NCBI GenBank assembly: GCA_026416665.1
Contig: JAOAET010000017.1
Coordinates: forward strand, 1 to 63,843
Length of the DNA stretch: 63,843 bases
Direction of reading: 5' to 3'
Source of the DNA: Candidatus Omnitrophota bacterium
Lineage (GTDB): Bacteria > Omnitrophota > Gorgyraeia > Gygaellales > Profunditerraquicolaceae
The first letter of the stretch is position 1. Each line of letters begins with the position of its first letter. This document shows, in pieces, positions 9,890 through 20,101 of the stretch. The translations under genes and the position numbers were made by a program. The notes under the pieces were generated by a model. It was not told the origin of the DNA. It made no database searches and worked only from the letters and a program-made list of their open reading frames with translations.

Positions 9890-12800
9890 TTATGTCTTCT
9901 GTTTTGCCTTTAATGCCTTATGATACTCTTGAAGAGATTTTACTTCAAGGTCTTTTTTAATAAGCATCTCAATACCATTAACCGTTGCTTGCGCACCTGA
10001 AATAGTTGTGGTGTAAGGGATGTTATAGAGAATTACATGTGAGCGGATTTTTACCTCATCTTCTCTTGGTATACGCCCAGAAGGTGTATTTATTACTAAC
10101 TGAATCTTGCCATCTTTCATTAAATCAAGCACATTTGGTCTGCCTTCGGCGATTTTAGGCAATGCCTTTACGGGAATATTATTTTTCTCTAAGGTAGCCG
10201 CTGTGCCTTGGGAAGCATAGAGTGAAAAACCTAAATCTGCCAGTTTCTTAGCAATAAACACAATTGCCCGTTTATCTTTGTCGCGCACAGAAACAAAAAC
10301 ATTTCCCTTTTTGGGTAGCCGTTGTCCTGCGGCAATCTGACTTTTAATATAAGCACGTGCAAAATCTTTATCAATCCCCATTACCTCGCCAGTTGATTTC
10401 ATCTCAGGGCCTAAAATAACGTCTACTCCTGGGAAACGATTAAAAGGAAACACTGATTCTTTTACCGAGACATGTGGAGGAATAATTTCCTTGGTAAACC
10501 CCAAATCTTTAAGTTTCTTACCCAGCATTGCCTGAGTAGCTAATTTTGCTAAAGGCACACCTATTGCCTTAGAAACAAACGGCACGGTGCGGGATGCACG
10601 CGGATTAACTTCTAAGACATAAACCTTTTCGTCTTTAATGGCATATTGCACATTCATTAAACCAATAATATTTAATTCTTTGGCCAGTTTGTAAGTTGCC
10701 TGTCGCACCTTCTCTATAAGGTCTGTAGACAAAGTATAAGGCGGAAGAACCATAGCTGAATCACCCGAGTGAATCCCTGCCTCTTCAATATGCTCCATAA
10801 TACCTCCGATAACAAAAGTCTCTCCATCGCCAATTACATCTACATCTACCTCAATAGCATCCTCCAAAAATTTATCAATCAAAATAGGGTGCTCACCAGA
10901 TACCTTGGCTGCCTCACCAATAAAACGTTCTAAGGTAGATTCATCATACACAATCTCCATCGCCCTGCCACCTAAAACATACGATGGCCGCACTAAAACT
11001 GGATAACCAATTTTGCGCGCAACCTCTTTTGCCTCTTCAAAAGTAAAGGCAGTGCCATTTTCTGGTTGTAACAAATCCAGTTTGTGCAACATCTCCTTAA
11101 ATCTTTTTCGGTCTTCAGCAATATCAATACTGTCTGCGCTTGTTCCCAATAAAGGAACCCCTGCCTTGCGTAGAGGTACTGCTAAATTAATTGGGGTCTG
11201 CCCACCAAACTGCACAATTACACCAATAGGTTTTTCCAATTCTATAATATTAAGAATATCTTCAATAGTAAGCGGTTCAAAGTAAAGTCGGTCAGAAGTA
11301 TCGTAATCTGTAGAAACGGTTTCTGGATTACAATTAATCATAATACTTTCAATACCTTCCTCCCTTAACGCATACGCCGCATGACAGCAACAATAATCAA
11401 ATTCAATACCCTGACCAATCCTATTTGGCCCTCCGCCCAGGATCACTACTTTTTTCTTCTGAGAAGGCCTTGCTTCTTCTTGCTGTTCATAGGTAGAATA
11501 AAAGTAGGGTTGTTTAGCATTAAACTCACCCGCACAGGTATCCACTAATTTGTAAACTGCTTTTTGTTTGTTCTTGAGACGATATTGTCGCACTTTATCC
11601 TCCGTGGTATTTAACAGAAAAGCCAATTGTCTATCTGAAAAACCGTCCTCTTTTGCCTTACTTAAAAGTTCTACTGGCAGATGGATCTCGCTTTCACTAT
11701 TATCTAGCCGATATTGGCGAATTTTATCTTCGGTCTCTACAATCTGCCGAATATTATCAATAAACCATTTGTCAATTTTTGAGAGTTGGTAAATCTCATC
11801 ATCAGACAAACCCGCTTTAATTGCATAGCGAAGATAAAATATTCGCTCATCATTAGGAATGCGGATTTTATCTTTTATCTGTTTAAGAATTTCAGGTGTA
11901 GGATTAGCAAGCATCTTATCGTTAATTACATCCTTTCCATCTGCTCCTAAACCATAACGAGCAATTTCCGTTGAACGAATTCCTTTTTGCAATGCCTCTC
12001 TGAAGTTTCTACCAATAGACATTGCCTCGCCTACTGCTTTCATTGAGGTGCTAATAACTCTCTCTGCCCTTGGAAACTTCTCAAAAGCAAAACGACAAAT
12101 CTTAAACACACAGTAGTCTACGGTTGGTTCAAAGAAAGAAGTAGTTTTTCCAGTTATCTGATTCATTACTTCAGGCAACGTCAGTCCTACCGCCAACTTG
12201 GTAGCTACTCTGGCAATAGGAAAACCTGTTGCCTTGGAAGCAAGTGCGGAAGAACGGGACAAACGCGGGTTTACCTCTATAACAACAATTTCTCCGTTAT
12301 CGGGATTTTGAGCAAACTGAATATTTGCTCCTCCACCAGTTATATTTATTCTTCGGATAATGCGTCGGCAAAGATTAACAAAATTAGTATACTCTTCTGC
12401 GGTCAAGGTCTGACAAGGTGCTACTACCATACTGTCACCAGTATGAACGCCCATTGGATCAACGTTCTCCATAGAGGTGATAATAATCACGTTGTCTGCA
12501 CAGTCACGCATAACTTCAAATTCAATTTCTTTCCATCCCAAAACCGACTGCTCAACTAATACCTGATGCACAGGGCTTGTCTCAAGACCTTTAATCAGAA
12601 ACTTTTCCAGTTCTTCTTTATTATAGGCCACAGAACCACCTGAACCGCCTAAAGTATAAGCAGGTCGTAAAATAAGAGGAAAACCAATAGATAAACCTAT
12701 CTTCATACCTTCTTCAACACTGCGGGCAATACCGCTTTTGGGAACAGCAATTCCTATTTCCTGCATTGCCTTCTTAAATAACTCTCTGTCTTCAGCACAA

Positions 12801-13171
12801 GAAATAGCCGAAACAGAGGCACCAATAGACTCAACTTTATATTTTTTTAACACTCCCTCTTTCATTAAAAAGAAGGCTAAATTAAGTCCGGTCTGGCCAC
12901 CTAAAGTAGGAAGAATTGCATCTGGACGCTCACGAGCAATAATTTTAGTAACCACTTCTACAGTCAATGGCTCTATATAGGTAACATCAGCCATTCCTGG
13001 GTCGGTCATAATGGTGGCAGGATTAGAATTAACCAAAATAGTATGATATCCTTCCTCACGTAGTGCCTTACAAGCCTGCGAACCAGAGTAATCAAACTCA
13101 CAGGCTTGACCAATAACAATAGGTCCTGAGCCAATCATTAAAACTTTCTTTATATCTGTTCTTCTAGGCAT
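9890..13171 (-). CDS. carB: carbamoyl-phosphate synthase large subunit
   Basis: 1093 aa with duplicated ATP-grasp halves; N-terminus [23 protein letters not shown]. Confidence 0.95.
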   Translation of the reverse strand: MPRRTDIKKVLMIGSGPIVIGQACEFDYSGSQACKALREEGYHTILVNSNPATIMTDPGMADVTYIEPLTVEVVTKIIARERPDAILPTLGGQTGLNLAFFLMKEGVLKKYKVESIGASVSAISCAEDRELFKKAMQEIGIAVPKSGIARSVEEGMKIGLSIGFPLILRPAYTLGGSGGSVAYNKEELEKFLIKGLETSPVHQVLVEQSVLGWKEIEFEVMRDCADNVIIITSMENVDPMGVHTGDSMVVAPCQTLTAEEYTNFVNLCRRIIRRINITGGGANIQFAQNPDNGEIVVIEVNPRLSRSSALASKATGFPIARVATKLAVGLTLPEVMNQITGKTTSFFEPTVDYCVFKICRFAFEKFPRAERVISTSMKAVGEAMSIGRNFREALQKGIRSTEIARYGLGADGKDVINDKMLANPTPEILKQIKDKIRIPNDERIFYLRYAIKAGLSDDEIYQLSKIDKWFIDNIRQIVETEDKIRQYRLDNSESEIHLPVELLSKAKEDGFSDRQLAFLLNTTEDKVRQYRLKNKQKAVYKLVDTCAGEFNAKQPYFYSTYEQQEEARPSQKKKVVILGGGPNRIGQGIEFDYCCCHAAYALREEGIESIMINCNPETVSTDYDTSDRLYFEPLTIEDILNIIELEKPIGVIVQFGGQTPINLAVPLRKAGVPLLGTSADSIDIAEDRKRFKEMLHKLDLLQPENGTAFTFEEAKEVARKIGYPVLVRPSYVLGGRAMEIVYDESTLERFIGEAAKVSGEHPILIDKFLEDAIEVDVDVIGDGETFVIGGIMEHIEEAGIHSGDSAMVLPPYTLSTDLIEKVRQATYKLAKELNIIGLMNVQYAIKDEKVYVLEVNPRASRTVPFVSKAIGVPLAKLATQAMLGKKLKDLGFTKEIIPPHVSVKESVFPFNRFPGVDVILGPEMKSTGEVMGIDKDFARAYIKSQIAAGQRLPKKGNVFVSVRDKDKRAIVFIAKKLADLGFSLYASQGTAATLEKNNIPVKALPKIAEGRPNVLDLMKDGKIQLVINTPSGRIPREDEVKIRSHVILYNIPYTTTISGAQATVNGIEMLIKKDLEVKSLQEYHKALKAKQKT

Positions 13172-14259
13172 TACTTTCTCCTTTCCATCATCTTAACAAA
13201 TCGTAAAATTGCGGGGTTGATTTCATTAAAGCCTGGTCTTGCTGGCACATATTGAATACCTAATATTTTTAACTTCTTACTTTCTATTTCTTCTACGGTA
13301 TGGTCATTAAGATTATAGGCGGTAACTTTTATATCTTTTCTACGTGCAAGTGAATCTGCATCTACCACCCAAGAATGATTCTGCATGGTTATCTGGCCTT
13401 TATAAGAACCTGGTCTGTGAATGGGATAATTAACACCGTGATGACCACAATGCATCTTAAACACTTTTGCCCCTAAACAAGAGGCCACAACTTGCATCCC
13501 TGTTCCTATTCCAAAGATAGGTAATTTTCCAATAAGTGGCTTTATATTTTGTTCAACAAGCCGCAGGCCTAAATCTTGTTCCGGGCCATCAGAAATAATT
13601 AAACCCTGTGGTTTTGTCTTAACTATTTGTTGGCTATTTGCGCTATAAGGCAAAATAGAGATTGCTAAATCGCACTCTTCAAGTTGAGCAAGAAGACTTC
13701 TGGTTAGTCCTATATCTATTAGTGCAATTCTTTTTTTATTTTTGCTAAGTTTGCCTACGGTTTTTGGGTTAGCAATGGATATCTGGGCAATTTTAGAAAC
13801 AGGTTGTCTTTTTCTAAAATCTTCTAAAACAGCCAAAAGCTCTTTTGTGTTAAAACGAGTGGTGGAAATAATCCCCAGCATCTGGCCTTTTTGCCGTAAA
13901 TGCACTGTTAATGCACGCGTATCTACACCCGTTAAAACCAACAGATTGTGCTTTTTTACAAAGTCCTCAAAACTTCCAGTGGCCTGCCAATTAGAGTAGA
14001 TGCGCGATGGCTCTTTTAATACTGCTGCCTGCGCCCATACCTTTTCTGACTCATTAAACTTATCGTTTACTCCGTAATTACCAATAAGTGGATAAGTAAA
14101 AACTATTATTTTTTCCGCATTAGCAGCAGTGGTAAGTATTTCTTGATAACCTACTATTGTGGTATTAAACATTACTTCACCTATTCGTTCGCCTGTTATT
14201 CCTGCTAGACACTTACCTTCAAATGTTTTTTGGTCCTCCAACATAAGAATTGCCTTCAT
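13171..14259 (-). CDS. carA: carbamoyl-phosphate synthase small subunit
   Basis: Glutamine amidotransferase motifs ([16 protein letters not shown]). Start chosen at the internal [10 protein letters not shown], which matches typical CarA N-termini. Stop overlaps the carB start. Confidence 0.85.
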   Translation of the reverse strand: MKAILMLEDQKTFEGKCLAGITGERIGEVMFNTTIVGYQEILTTAANAEKIIVFTYPLIGNYGVNDKFNESEKVWAQAAVLKEPSRIYSNWQATGSFEDFVKKHNLLVLTGVDTRALTVHLRQKGQMLGIISTTRFNTKELLAVLEDFRKRQPVSKIAQISIANPKTVGKLSKNKKRIALIDIGLTRSLLAQLEECDLAISILPYSANSQQIVKTKPQGLIISDGPEQDLGLRLVEQNIKPLIGKLPIFGIGTGMQVVASCLGAKVFKMHCGHHGVNYPIHRPGSYKGQITMQNHSWVVDADSLARRKDIKVTAYNLNDHTVEEIESKKLKILGIQYVPARPGFNEINPAILRFVKMMERRK

Positions 14260-14298
14260 CTTTTCTCCATCTTTTAACATTAAAAAAGTTCTTTCTAA

Positions 14299-14811
14299 CT
14301 AAAATCCCAGTTTCAAACTAAGTTTTTTTATCTGTTGTTTATGTTCAGCCTTTTTACTTTTTAATAGTTTTTTTATTGTCTTCTCTGCCTCCTCTAAAGT
14401 CTTTACTTTAATTACCCCATTTATTTGCCAAGAACCAAGACTTATTACTGGTATAGCCAATTGTAAAGCAAAAGCAACTTCTGATAAAGTTCCTGCCTCC
14501 CCAGGCAAAGCTACTATTGCATCTGCACAGGCTACCACAATTACATTTCTGGCTATACCCATACCTGTAGGAATTACTATATCCACATAGGGATTGGCAG
14601 TATCTTTATCATAACTTGGAATAATCCCAACAGTCATCCCTCCTGCTTCTTTAAATCCTTTACAAACCGCCATCATTGTTCCTTTTAAGCCCCCCGTTAC
14701 TAAAATATCTACCACTTTAGCCAGTTTTATTCCTAATTTTTGGGCTAATTGCTCCACTTCCGGCTCACAACTATGGCCACCAATTACTGAAACTATGGTT
14801 TTTCTTGTCAT
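14299..14811 (-). CDS. TIGR00725/LOG-like (SLOG) family protein
   Basis: VIGGHSC...LVTGGLKGTMMAVCKGFKEAGGMTVGIIP...PTGMGIARNVIVV...LPGEAGTLSE motifs. Start trimmed to MTRKT because the longer ORF overlaps the tRNA-Arg. Confidence 0.7.
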   Translation of the reverse strand: MTRKTIVSVIGGHSCEPEVEQLAQKLGIKLAKVVDILVTGGLKGTMMAVCKGFKEAGGMTVGIIPSYDKDTANPYVDIVIPTGMGIARNVIVVACADAIVALPGEAGTLSEVAFALQLAIPVISLGSWQINGVIKVKTLEEAEKTIKKLLKSKKAEHKQQIKKLSLKLGF

Positions 14812-14828
14812 CTTCCAACTTCTTTTAA

Positions 14829-14900
14829 TGCGCCTGACAGGAATCGAACCTGTACACATAGCTCCGGAGGCTATTGCCCTATCCGTTGGGCCACAGGCGC
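14829..14900 (-). tRNA. tRNA-Arg (anticodon CCG)
   Basis: Manual cloverleaf: acceptor GCGCCTG/CAGGCGC, anticodon stem ATAGC/GCTAT with loop CTCCGGA, T arm ACAGG-TTCGATT-CCTGT. No encoded CCA. Confidence 0.9.
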
Positions 14901-14904
14901 AATT

Positions 14905-15387
14905 TTATTCCAAAACCCTCTTTATCTGACTAAGAACAAATTCTTTGTCTTTTACTTTTGCTTCCTGAATAGAAAAACGTTTGAAGTTTTTAGCACCTTT
15001 TTTCCTTAAACTGTCCTGCATAATATTAAGACAGCGTTCATTTCCTGCACCACTTCCATAGGTGGTAAATAAAACCACCATAGTGGTTTCCTTTATCTCA
15101 GAACACTGTTCAATAAAAGCATTTATCGCCGGTGCTGGTCCAAAAGCCCAGACAGGTGTTCCTAAGCAAAAAATATCAGCTTTACTTAAATCAAAACTTA
15201 CTTGTGCAAGCAGTGCTTTTTTCTTAAAAAATGCCCTTTTACATTGACCTAAAAATGTCTGCGCCTCATCCTTTGCCACTAACTTGCGCAGTTCTACTTC
15301 GGAATTTTTTTCTAAATATTCTGCCAAAATTTTGGCTACTGCGTAGGTATTACCTGAATAAGAATAGAATACAATAACACTTTTCAT
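14905..15387 (-). CDS. flavodoxin family protein
   Basis: MKSVIVFYSYSGNTYAVAKILAEYL FMN-binding N-terminus; 160 aa. Confidence 0.75.
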   Translation of the reverse strand: MKSVIVFYSYSGNTYAVAKILAEYLEKNSEVELRKLVAKDEAQTFLGQCKRAFFKKKALLAQVSFDLSKADIFCLGTPVWAFGPAPAINAFIEQCSEIKETTMVVLFTTYGSGAGNERCLNIMQDSLRKKGAKNFKRFSIQEAKVKDKEFVLSQIKRVLE

Positions 15388-15389
15388 CT

Positions 15390-16631
15390 TTAAAATAAAC
15401 TTAATTGCTGTTCGCTAGATTGTGAGGATTGCAAAGAGGGGTCAAATACAGATATTATACCATACTCTCCATCATAGCCAGGAGTTCTTACTACTTGACC
15501 TTTACGCATCCTGATTATCCCCTCAGCTACTTGCGGGTTTAAACCATTTTTCAAATTTTGCTCACTTGCCTTTAGAAGAACATCAAACTCTGTGCCAAAA
15601 CGCGCTACTATCTGCATATATTCTTTTTCTACCTGCGCAGAGCCCTTTTTCAGCCCTCGTGCCTCCGCAATAATCTCATCAAGCGGAATTACACTCTTAA
15701 AAGGAATGGCATTGTCAGGTATAAAACCTTCTGACCTGTCCGCCAGCTGCTCCAGGCGATTCATCACTCCTATTGTAAGCGGTCGTTTACATTTTGGACA
15801 AATCCCACGATTTTGTTTTGTCTGTTGGGGAGAAAAACGCACTGCACAGTTCCTGTGACCGTCAAAGTGATACTTCCCTTCTTCAGGGAAAAACTCAATA
15901 GTATATAAAAATTCCTGTTTATTTTTCTGTCGTAATGCCTGACGAATGGATGCATAAGTTAATGCGCAAGAAAATACATTTGCCTCACGCCCAATCTTAG
16001 AAGGGCTATGGCTATCAGAGTTACTTATTAAACTGAATCGGTCTAATGAAGACAGTCGCCAATTCATTGACGGATCACTAGAAAGCCCTGTCTCTAAAGC
16101 AAATATTTTTTCAGTCTGTTTGCCGAAACAATCTTCTATCTTATCAAAACCAGACATTGAACCAAATAATGAGAACCATGGCGTCCAAATGTGTGCAGGT
16201 ATAACCATACAATTTTCGTCGATATCAAAGATGATTTGTGCTATCTGTTCTGCATCTAATCCCAGTATGGGACGACCATCCGAAGCAAGATTTGCGTAAC
16301 GTGCCAAGGCTGTGTTTATTCTCTCTACAGTCTTAAAAGAAGAAGCAGTAATTAAATTATGTATACGGTAACCACGTCCATTCTTTGAATAGATACTGGA
16401 AATCTCAGCGGTCAACATAAAGTACACATCTTTATATATAAAAAGTCCTGTTCCAGTATCTTGGAGTTTTTGTTTTAACTCCTCAAGCCATAAATGGTGA
16501 GTAAAATCACCTGTTCCCATTAACTTAATACCCTTAAGCAGTGCCCACTGTGCAATATGTTCAATATCCATATCGCGGCTGGTCGCACGAGAGTATTTAG
16601 AATGAATATGTAAATCAGCAATGAATTCCAT
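15390..16631 (-). CDS. PHP-domain endonuclease Q (EndoQ/TIGR00375)-like protein
   Basis: ADLHIHSKYSRATS PHP metal motif, SNSDSHSP, zinc ribbon CPKCKRPLTIGVMNRLEQLADR and C-terminal PGYDGEYG, matching my recollection of the EndoQ architecture. Confidence 0.65.
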   Translation of the reverse strand: MEFIADLHIHSKYSRATSRDMDIEHIAQWALLKGIKLMGTGDFTHHLWLEELKQKLQDTGTGLFIYKDVYFMLTAEISSIYSKNGRGYRIHNLITASSFKTVERINTALARYANLASDGRPILGLDAEQIAQIIFDIDENCMVIPAHIWTPWFSLFGSMSGFDKIEDCFGKQTEKIFALETGLSSDPSMNWRLSSLDRFSLISNSDSHSPSKIGREANVFSCALTYASIRQALRQKNKQEFLYTIEFFPEEGKYHFDGHRNCAVRFSPQQTKQNRGICPKCKRPLTIGVMNRLEQLADRSEGFIPDNAIPFKSVIPLDEIIAEARGLKKGSAQVEKEYMQIVARFGTEFDVLLKASEQNLKNGLNPQVAEGIIRMRKGQVVRTPGYDGEYGIISVFDPSLQSSQSSEQQLSLF

Positions 16632-17084
16632 TTAAGTTTTTATCTTCGCCAAAATTTCTTGGACATTACCCCAATGTGTACCCTGCCAATATATGCGCTT
16701 ACAATTGGAACATTGGTAAAAGTTTTTTTGAGTTGAAAATACATACTCAGGGACAAAATCACGCACCGTGTCCGGGGAAACTTCTTGTAACTTTTTATTA
16801 CAAATAGTGCATCGGCTGAAGAGTTTTTGGTGTTCTATACTTATCCCAATTTTTGCACAAACTTCTGGTAGTTGCTCATTAATAGTTTGACTTTCAACAA
16901 TTACAATAGTAATTCCTCTTGAAGCAGGCAGATGTCGGTTGCGTGTTAAGATTATTCTATCTTCTCTTAAAGCCTGCATCATTATTGATGATATTTGTTG
17001 CGTACGGCTATATTCGCAATCAATTCCAAGTATCCGCAACCATTTGGCTAATCTGCCTAGTTCTTTAGTGACTAATATCTTCAC
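16632..17084 (-). CDS. Mut7-C RNase domain (DUF82, PIN-like plus zinc ribbon) protein
   Basis: LGRLAKWLRILGIDCEY N-terminus and C-terminal RCTICN...CSNCKRIYWQGTHW zinc ribbon. Confidence 0.7.
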   Translation of the reverse strand: MKILVTKELGRLAKWLRILGIDCEYSRTQQISSIMMQALREDRIILTRNRHLPASRGITIVIVESQTINEQLPEVCAKIGISIEHQKLFSRCTICNKKLQEVSPDTVRDFVPEYVFSTQKNFYQCSNCKRIYWQGTHWGNVQEILAKIKT

Positions 17085-18363
17085 TATCCTTTACTTTATA
17101 AACAATCTTTCCACCTAAAATCGTATAAAGAACCTTACCTTTTAGTTGCATTCCTAAGAAACAACTGTTTTTTGATTTGGAGAGAAACTCTTCTTTACGC
17201 ACCTGCCACGTCTTAACAGGATCAACCACAATAAGGTCTGCAGACTTCCCAACAGATAAATTCCCGCGGTCAATACCAAGAATTCTGGCAGGATTTAAAC
17301 TCATTACCTTAGCTAAGTCTAACCAACTTAAATGCTTGGTTTCAACTAAATTGGTAATACTGACAGCCAATTCTGTCTCAAGACCAATAACCCCAAACTC
17401 TGCATGGTCAAACTCAATATCTTTATCGGGCATTGTATGAGGCGCATGGTCAGAGGCAATAGCATCTATTGTTCCGTCGGATAATGCATCTTTTATTGCT
17501 GCTACATCTTTATCGGTCCGAAGAGGCGGATTCATTTTCTTGTTAGTATCGTAGTCAAAAAGTGCTTTTTCAGTAAGTGAAAAATAATGCGGTGCTGTCT
17601 CAGCAGTTACCATAATTCCTTTTTTCTTTGCTTTGGCAATTATCTCTACTGATTCTTGACAACTGACATGAGCAATATGTAAGCGACATTTGGTTTTAGC
17701 AGCAAGTTCAATATCTCGCTGAACACGTTTATATTCACTAGCATTGGGTATACCTCTTAAACCTAACCGGGTAGACATTGCACCTAGATTCATCACCCCA
17801 TTTTGGGATAAGGTCTTGTCTTCACAATGAGAAATTATTAAAATTTTTGCCTGCCGTGCCTTAACCATTGCCTTAGCCAAAATCTCAGCAGAATCCACCG
17901 ACGAACCATCATCGGTTATGGCTACTGCACCTTCTTTTTTTAGTTGCGCTATAGGCGTTAACTCTTTCCCTTGTCGACCAACAGTAATGGTGGCAGCAAT
18001 TAATACCTTAGCGTTGGCAGTCTGGGAAATTATTTTTTTTAGTAGACGTATTTGTTCGGGACTATCTATGGGTGGTTCGGTATTGGGCATAGCCAAAACT
18101 GTTCCCACGCCTCCATGTACGGCTGCCTGTGTGCCCGAAAAAATAGTCTCTTTATCTTCTCTACCTGGTTGGCGCAGATGCACATGCATATCTACTAACG
18201 CAGGCATAACAATTTTGTTGGTGGCATCAATAACTGTTGCTTGACCGTTAGTAATATTTTTGTCTAGCCGAACAATTTTCGTGTTATCCACCAAGATATC
18301 TAATACTTGGTCAATCTTATTTGCAGGGTCGATCAAACGACCATTTTTTATTAATATCTTCAT
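17065..18363 (-). CDS. pyrC: dihydroorotase
   Basis: VDMHVHLRQPG metal-binding motif, 432 aa, located next to pyrB. Confidence 0.9.
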   Translation of the reverse strand: MKILIKNGRLIDPANKIDQVLDILVDNTKIVRLDKNITNGQATVIDATNKIVMPALVDMHVHLRQPGREDKETIFSGTQAAVHGGVGTVLAMPNTEPPIDSPEQIRLLKKIISQTANAKVLIAATITVGRQGKELTPIAQLKKEGAVAITDDGSSVDSAEILAKAMVKARQAKILIISHCEDKTLSQNGVMNLGAMSTRLGLRGIPNASEYKRVQRDIELAAKTKCRLHIAHVSCQESVEIIAKAKKKGIMVTAETAPHYFSLTEKALFDYDTNKKMNPPLRTDKDVAAIKDALSDGTIDAIASDHAPHTMPDKDIEFDHAEFGVIGLETELAVSITNLVETKHLSWLDLAKVMSLNPARILGIDRGNLSVGKSADLIVVDPVKTWQVRKEEFLSKSKNSCFLGMQLKGKVLYTILGGKIVYKVKDSEDISH

Positions 18364-18375
18364 TTCTTCAATGAA

Positions 18376-19320
18376 TTAAATTTGGTTTTCATCTCTTGCC
18401 TGAGACACTAGAAATAATACTGCCATACGTACAGCAATACCATTAGTTACCTGGTCTAAAATTACTGACTGTGAACAATCCGCTACTTCACTGGCAATTT
18501 CTATACCACGGTTAATCGGCCCAGGATGCATTATAATCAAGTCTTTTTTTGCCCTCTTTAGACGTTCTTCGGTAATACCATACTTCTTAAAATATTCTAT
18601 CTGCTGTGGAAACGCACTCTGCACATCCCGCTCAAATTGCATACGCAGGACATTGACCGCATCGGCATTGCCAAGTGCCTCTTCAATATCCGTGGTAACT
18701 TGTACATTCATCTGCTCAATTCCTGCGGGTATAAGCATAGGTGGAGCACACACCGTGACATTTGCTCCTAACTTAGTCAGCCCCCATATATTAGAACGCG
18801 CCACACGTGAATGCGCAATATCACCGACTATAGTAACGTTAATACCTGCAATTCTTCCCAGACGTTCTTTTAAGGTAAACATATCAAGTAGCGCCTGTGT
18901 AGGATGCTCATGCCAACCATCACCAGCATTAACCACACTAATTGAAACATGTTTTGCCAACATTACTGGTGCGCCTGAGCAGTTATGTCGCACCACAATG
19001 ATATCGGCTTTTAGTGCCTCAATATTTCTTCCTGTATCAATTAACGTTTCGCCTTTGCGGACGCTTGAGGTCTCTGTGGCGATATTAATTACATCTGCAG
19101 ACAAGCGTTTAGCAGCTAATTCAAAAGAAACGCGTGTGCGCGTGGAAGGTTCGTAAAAAAGATTTACCACTGTTTTGCCACGTAAAGCAGGAACTTTCTT
19201 TATTTCGCGGGTAGTTACCTCCTTAAAAGAATCTGCTGTTTCTAAAATTAACTCTATTTCTTCTTTGGAAAGATATTCTAAACCTAGTAAATCTTTTTTG
19301 TTCCAGCGAACTTCAGCCAT
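18376..19320 (-). CDS. pyrB: aspartate carbamoyltransferase catalytic subunit
   Basis: [13 protein letters not shown] and HPxQ ([10 protein letters not shown]) motifs. Confidence 0.92.
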   Translation of the reverse strand: MAEVRWNKKDLLGLEYLSKEEIELILETADSFKEVTTREIKKVPALRGKTVVNLFYEPSTRTRVSFELAAKRLSADVINIATETSSVRKGETLIDTGRNIEALKADIIVVRHNCSGAPVMLAKHVSISVVNAGDGWHEHPTQALLDMFTLKERLGRIAGINVTIVGDIAHSRVARSNIWGLTKLGANVTVCAPPMLIPAGIEQMNVQVTTDIEEALGNADAVNVLRMQFERDVQSAFPQQIEYFKKYGITEERLKRAKKDLIIMHPGPINRGIEIASEVADCSQSVILDQVTNGIAVRMAVLFLVSQARDENQI

Positions 19321-19861
19321 TTTGCTCTACAATTACCACTTCATCTTTTCCATCACTCTCAACCAGACGCACTTCCACTGTTTCCTGTCTTGCCGTCGGA
19401 ATGTTTTTGCCCACATAATCGGGACGAATTGGTAGCTCTCGATGCCCTCGGTCAATAAGCACAGCCAGTTGTATTGTTCGGGGCCTGCCCAAATCAATCA
19501 AAGCATCCATTGCTGCGCGAATAGTTCTTCCTGTATACAAAACATCATCTACCAAAACAATATGTTTGTCGTTTATATCAAACTCTATCTCTGTCTTATG
19601 CAGAACCGGCTGTGAGGCAACCAAAGTCAGGTCATCACGGTAAAGAGTAATATCCAGTATTCCTACCGGGACTTCTTTTTGTTCAATGTTTTTAATAAAA
19701 CCTGCCAACCGCTTAGCCAGGAAAACTCCGCGGGTACGAATTCCAACTAAACAGACGTTTTCTATTCCTTTATTATGCTCAACTATCTCGTGGGCGATGC
19801 GTAAGAGACTACGATTTAAAGTCTCCTGGTCAAGTATTTGGGCTTTTTGGCGTTTCACCAT
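19313..19861 (-). CDS. pyrR: bifunctional pyr operon attenuation regulator / uracil phosphoribosyltransferase
   Basis: PRTase motif [16 protein letters not shown]; first gene of the pyr cluster; cognate RNA site upstream. Confidence 0.9.
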   Translation of the reverse strand: MVKRQKAQILDQETLNRSLLRIAHEIVEHNKGIENVCLVGIRTRGVFLAKRLAGFIKNIEQKEVPVGILDITLYRDDLTLVASQPVLHKTEIEFDINDKHIVLVDDVLYTGRTIRAAMDALIDLGRPRTIQLAVLIDRGHRELPIRPDYVGKNIPTARQETVEVRLVESDGKDEVVIVEQNG

Positions 19862-19920
19862 TGGCTTAAAAATTAAGAATAATTGTTATTAGATGAACTC
19901 AGTATTACTCTGCTACTTGA

Positions 19921-19957
19921 AATAAAAAAGGCCTAACTTTTTTCTTAAGTTAGGCCT
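19921..19957 (-). terminator. intrinsic terminator of the pyr leader (attenuator)
   Basis: Minus-strand RNA has the stem GGCCUAACUU / AAGUUAGGCC (10 bp, 7-nt loop) followed by UUUUUUUAUUU. It lies between the promoter and the pyrR start. Confidence 0.75.
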
Positions 19958-19987
19958 ACTTGTAATCTTTTTTCCTCATTTTTCTCT

Positions 19988-20020
19988 ACCTTACAGACCT
20001 CGCTGGGCCTGCTTAAAGGT
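19988..20020 (-). promoter_or_regulatory. PyrR-binding RNA hairpin (anti-antiterminator)
   Basis: Minus-strand ACCUUUAAGCAGGCCCAGCGAGGUCUGUAAGGU. Lower stem ACCUU/AAGGU, upper stem CAGGCC/GGUCUG, and a loop resembling the UCCAGAGAGG PyrR box. Confidence 0.65.
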
Positions 20021-20034
20021 TTATAATTTTATTA

Positions 20035-20063
20035 AATATACCACAGCATTTTTGTCTTGTCAA
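20035..20063 (-). promoter_or_regulatory. sigma-70-type promoter of the pyr cluster
   Basis: Minus strand: TTGACA, 17-nt spacer, TATATT, with TGn extended -10. Confidence 0.6.
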
Positions 20064-20101
20064 ATAAAAAAATAAGCAAGTATTTTAAGAATTATTATAT
20101 T

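Noticed and set aside
14812-14859. N-terminal extension of the LOG-like ORF (MCTGSIPVRRIKRSWK).
   Set aside because: It is the reverse-strand read-through of the tRNA-Arg T arm and acceptor. The conserved protein starts at MTRKT.
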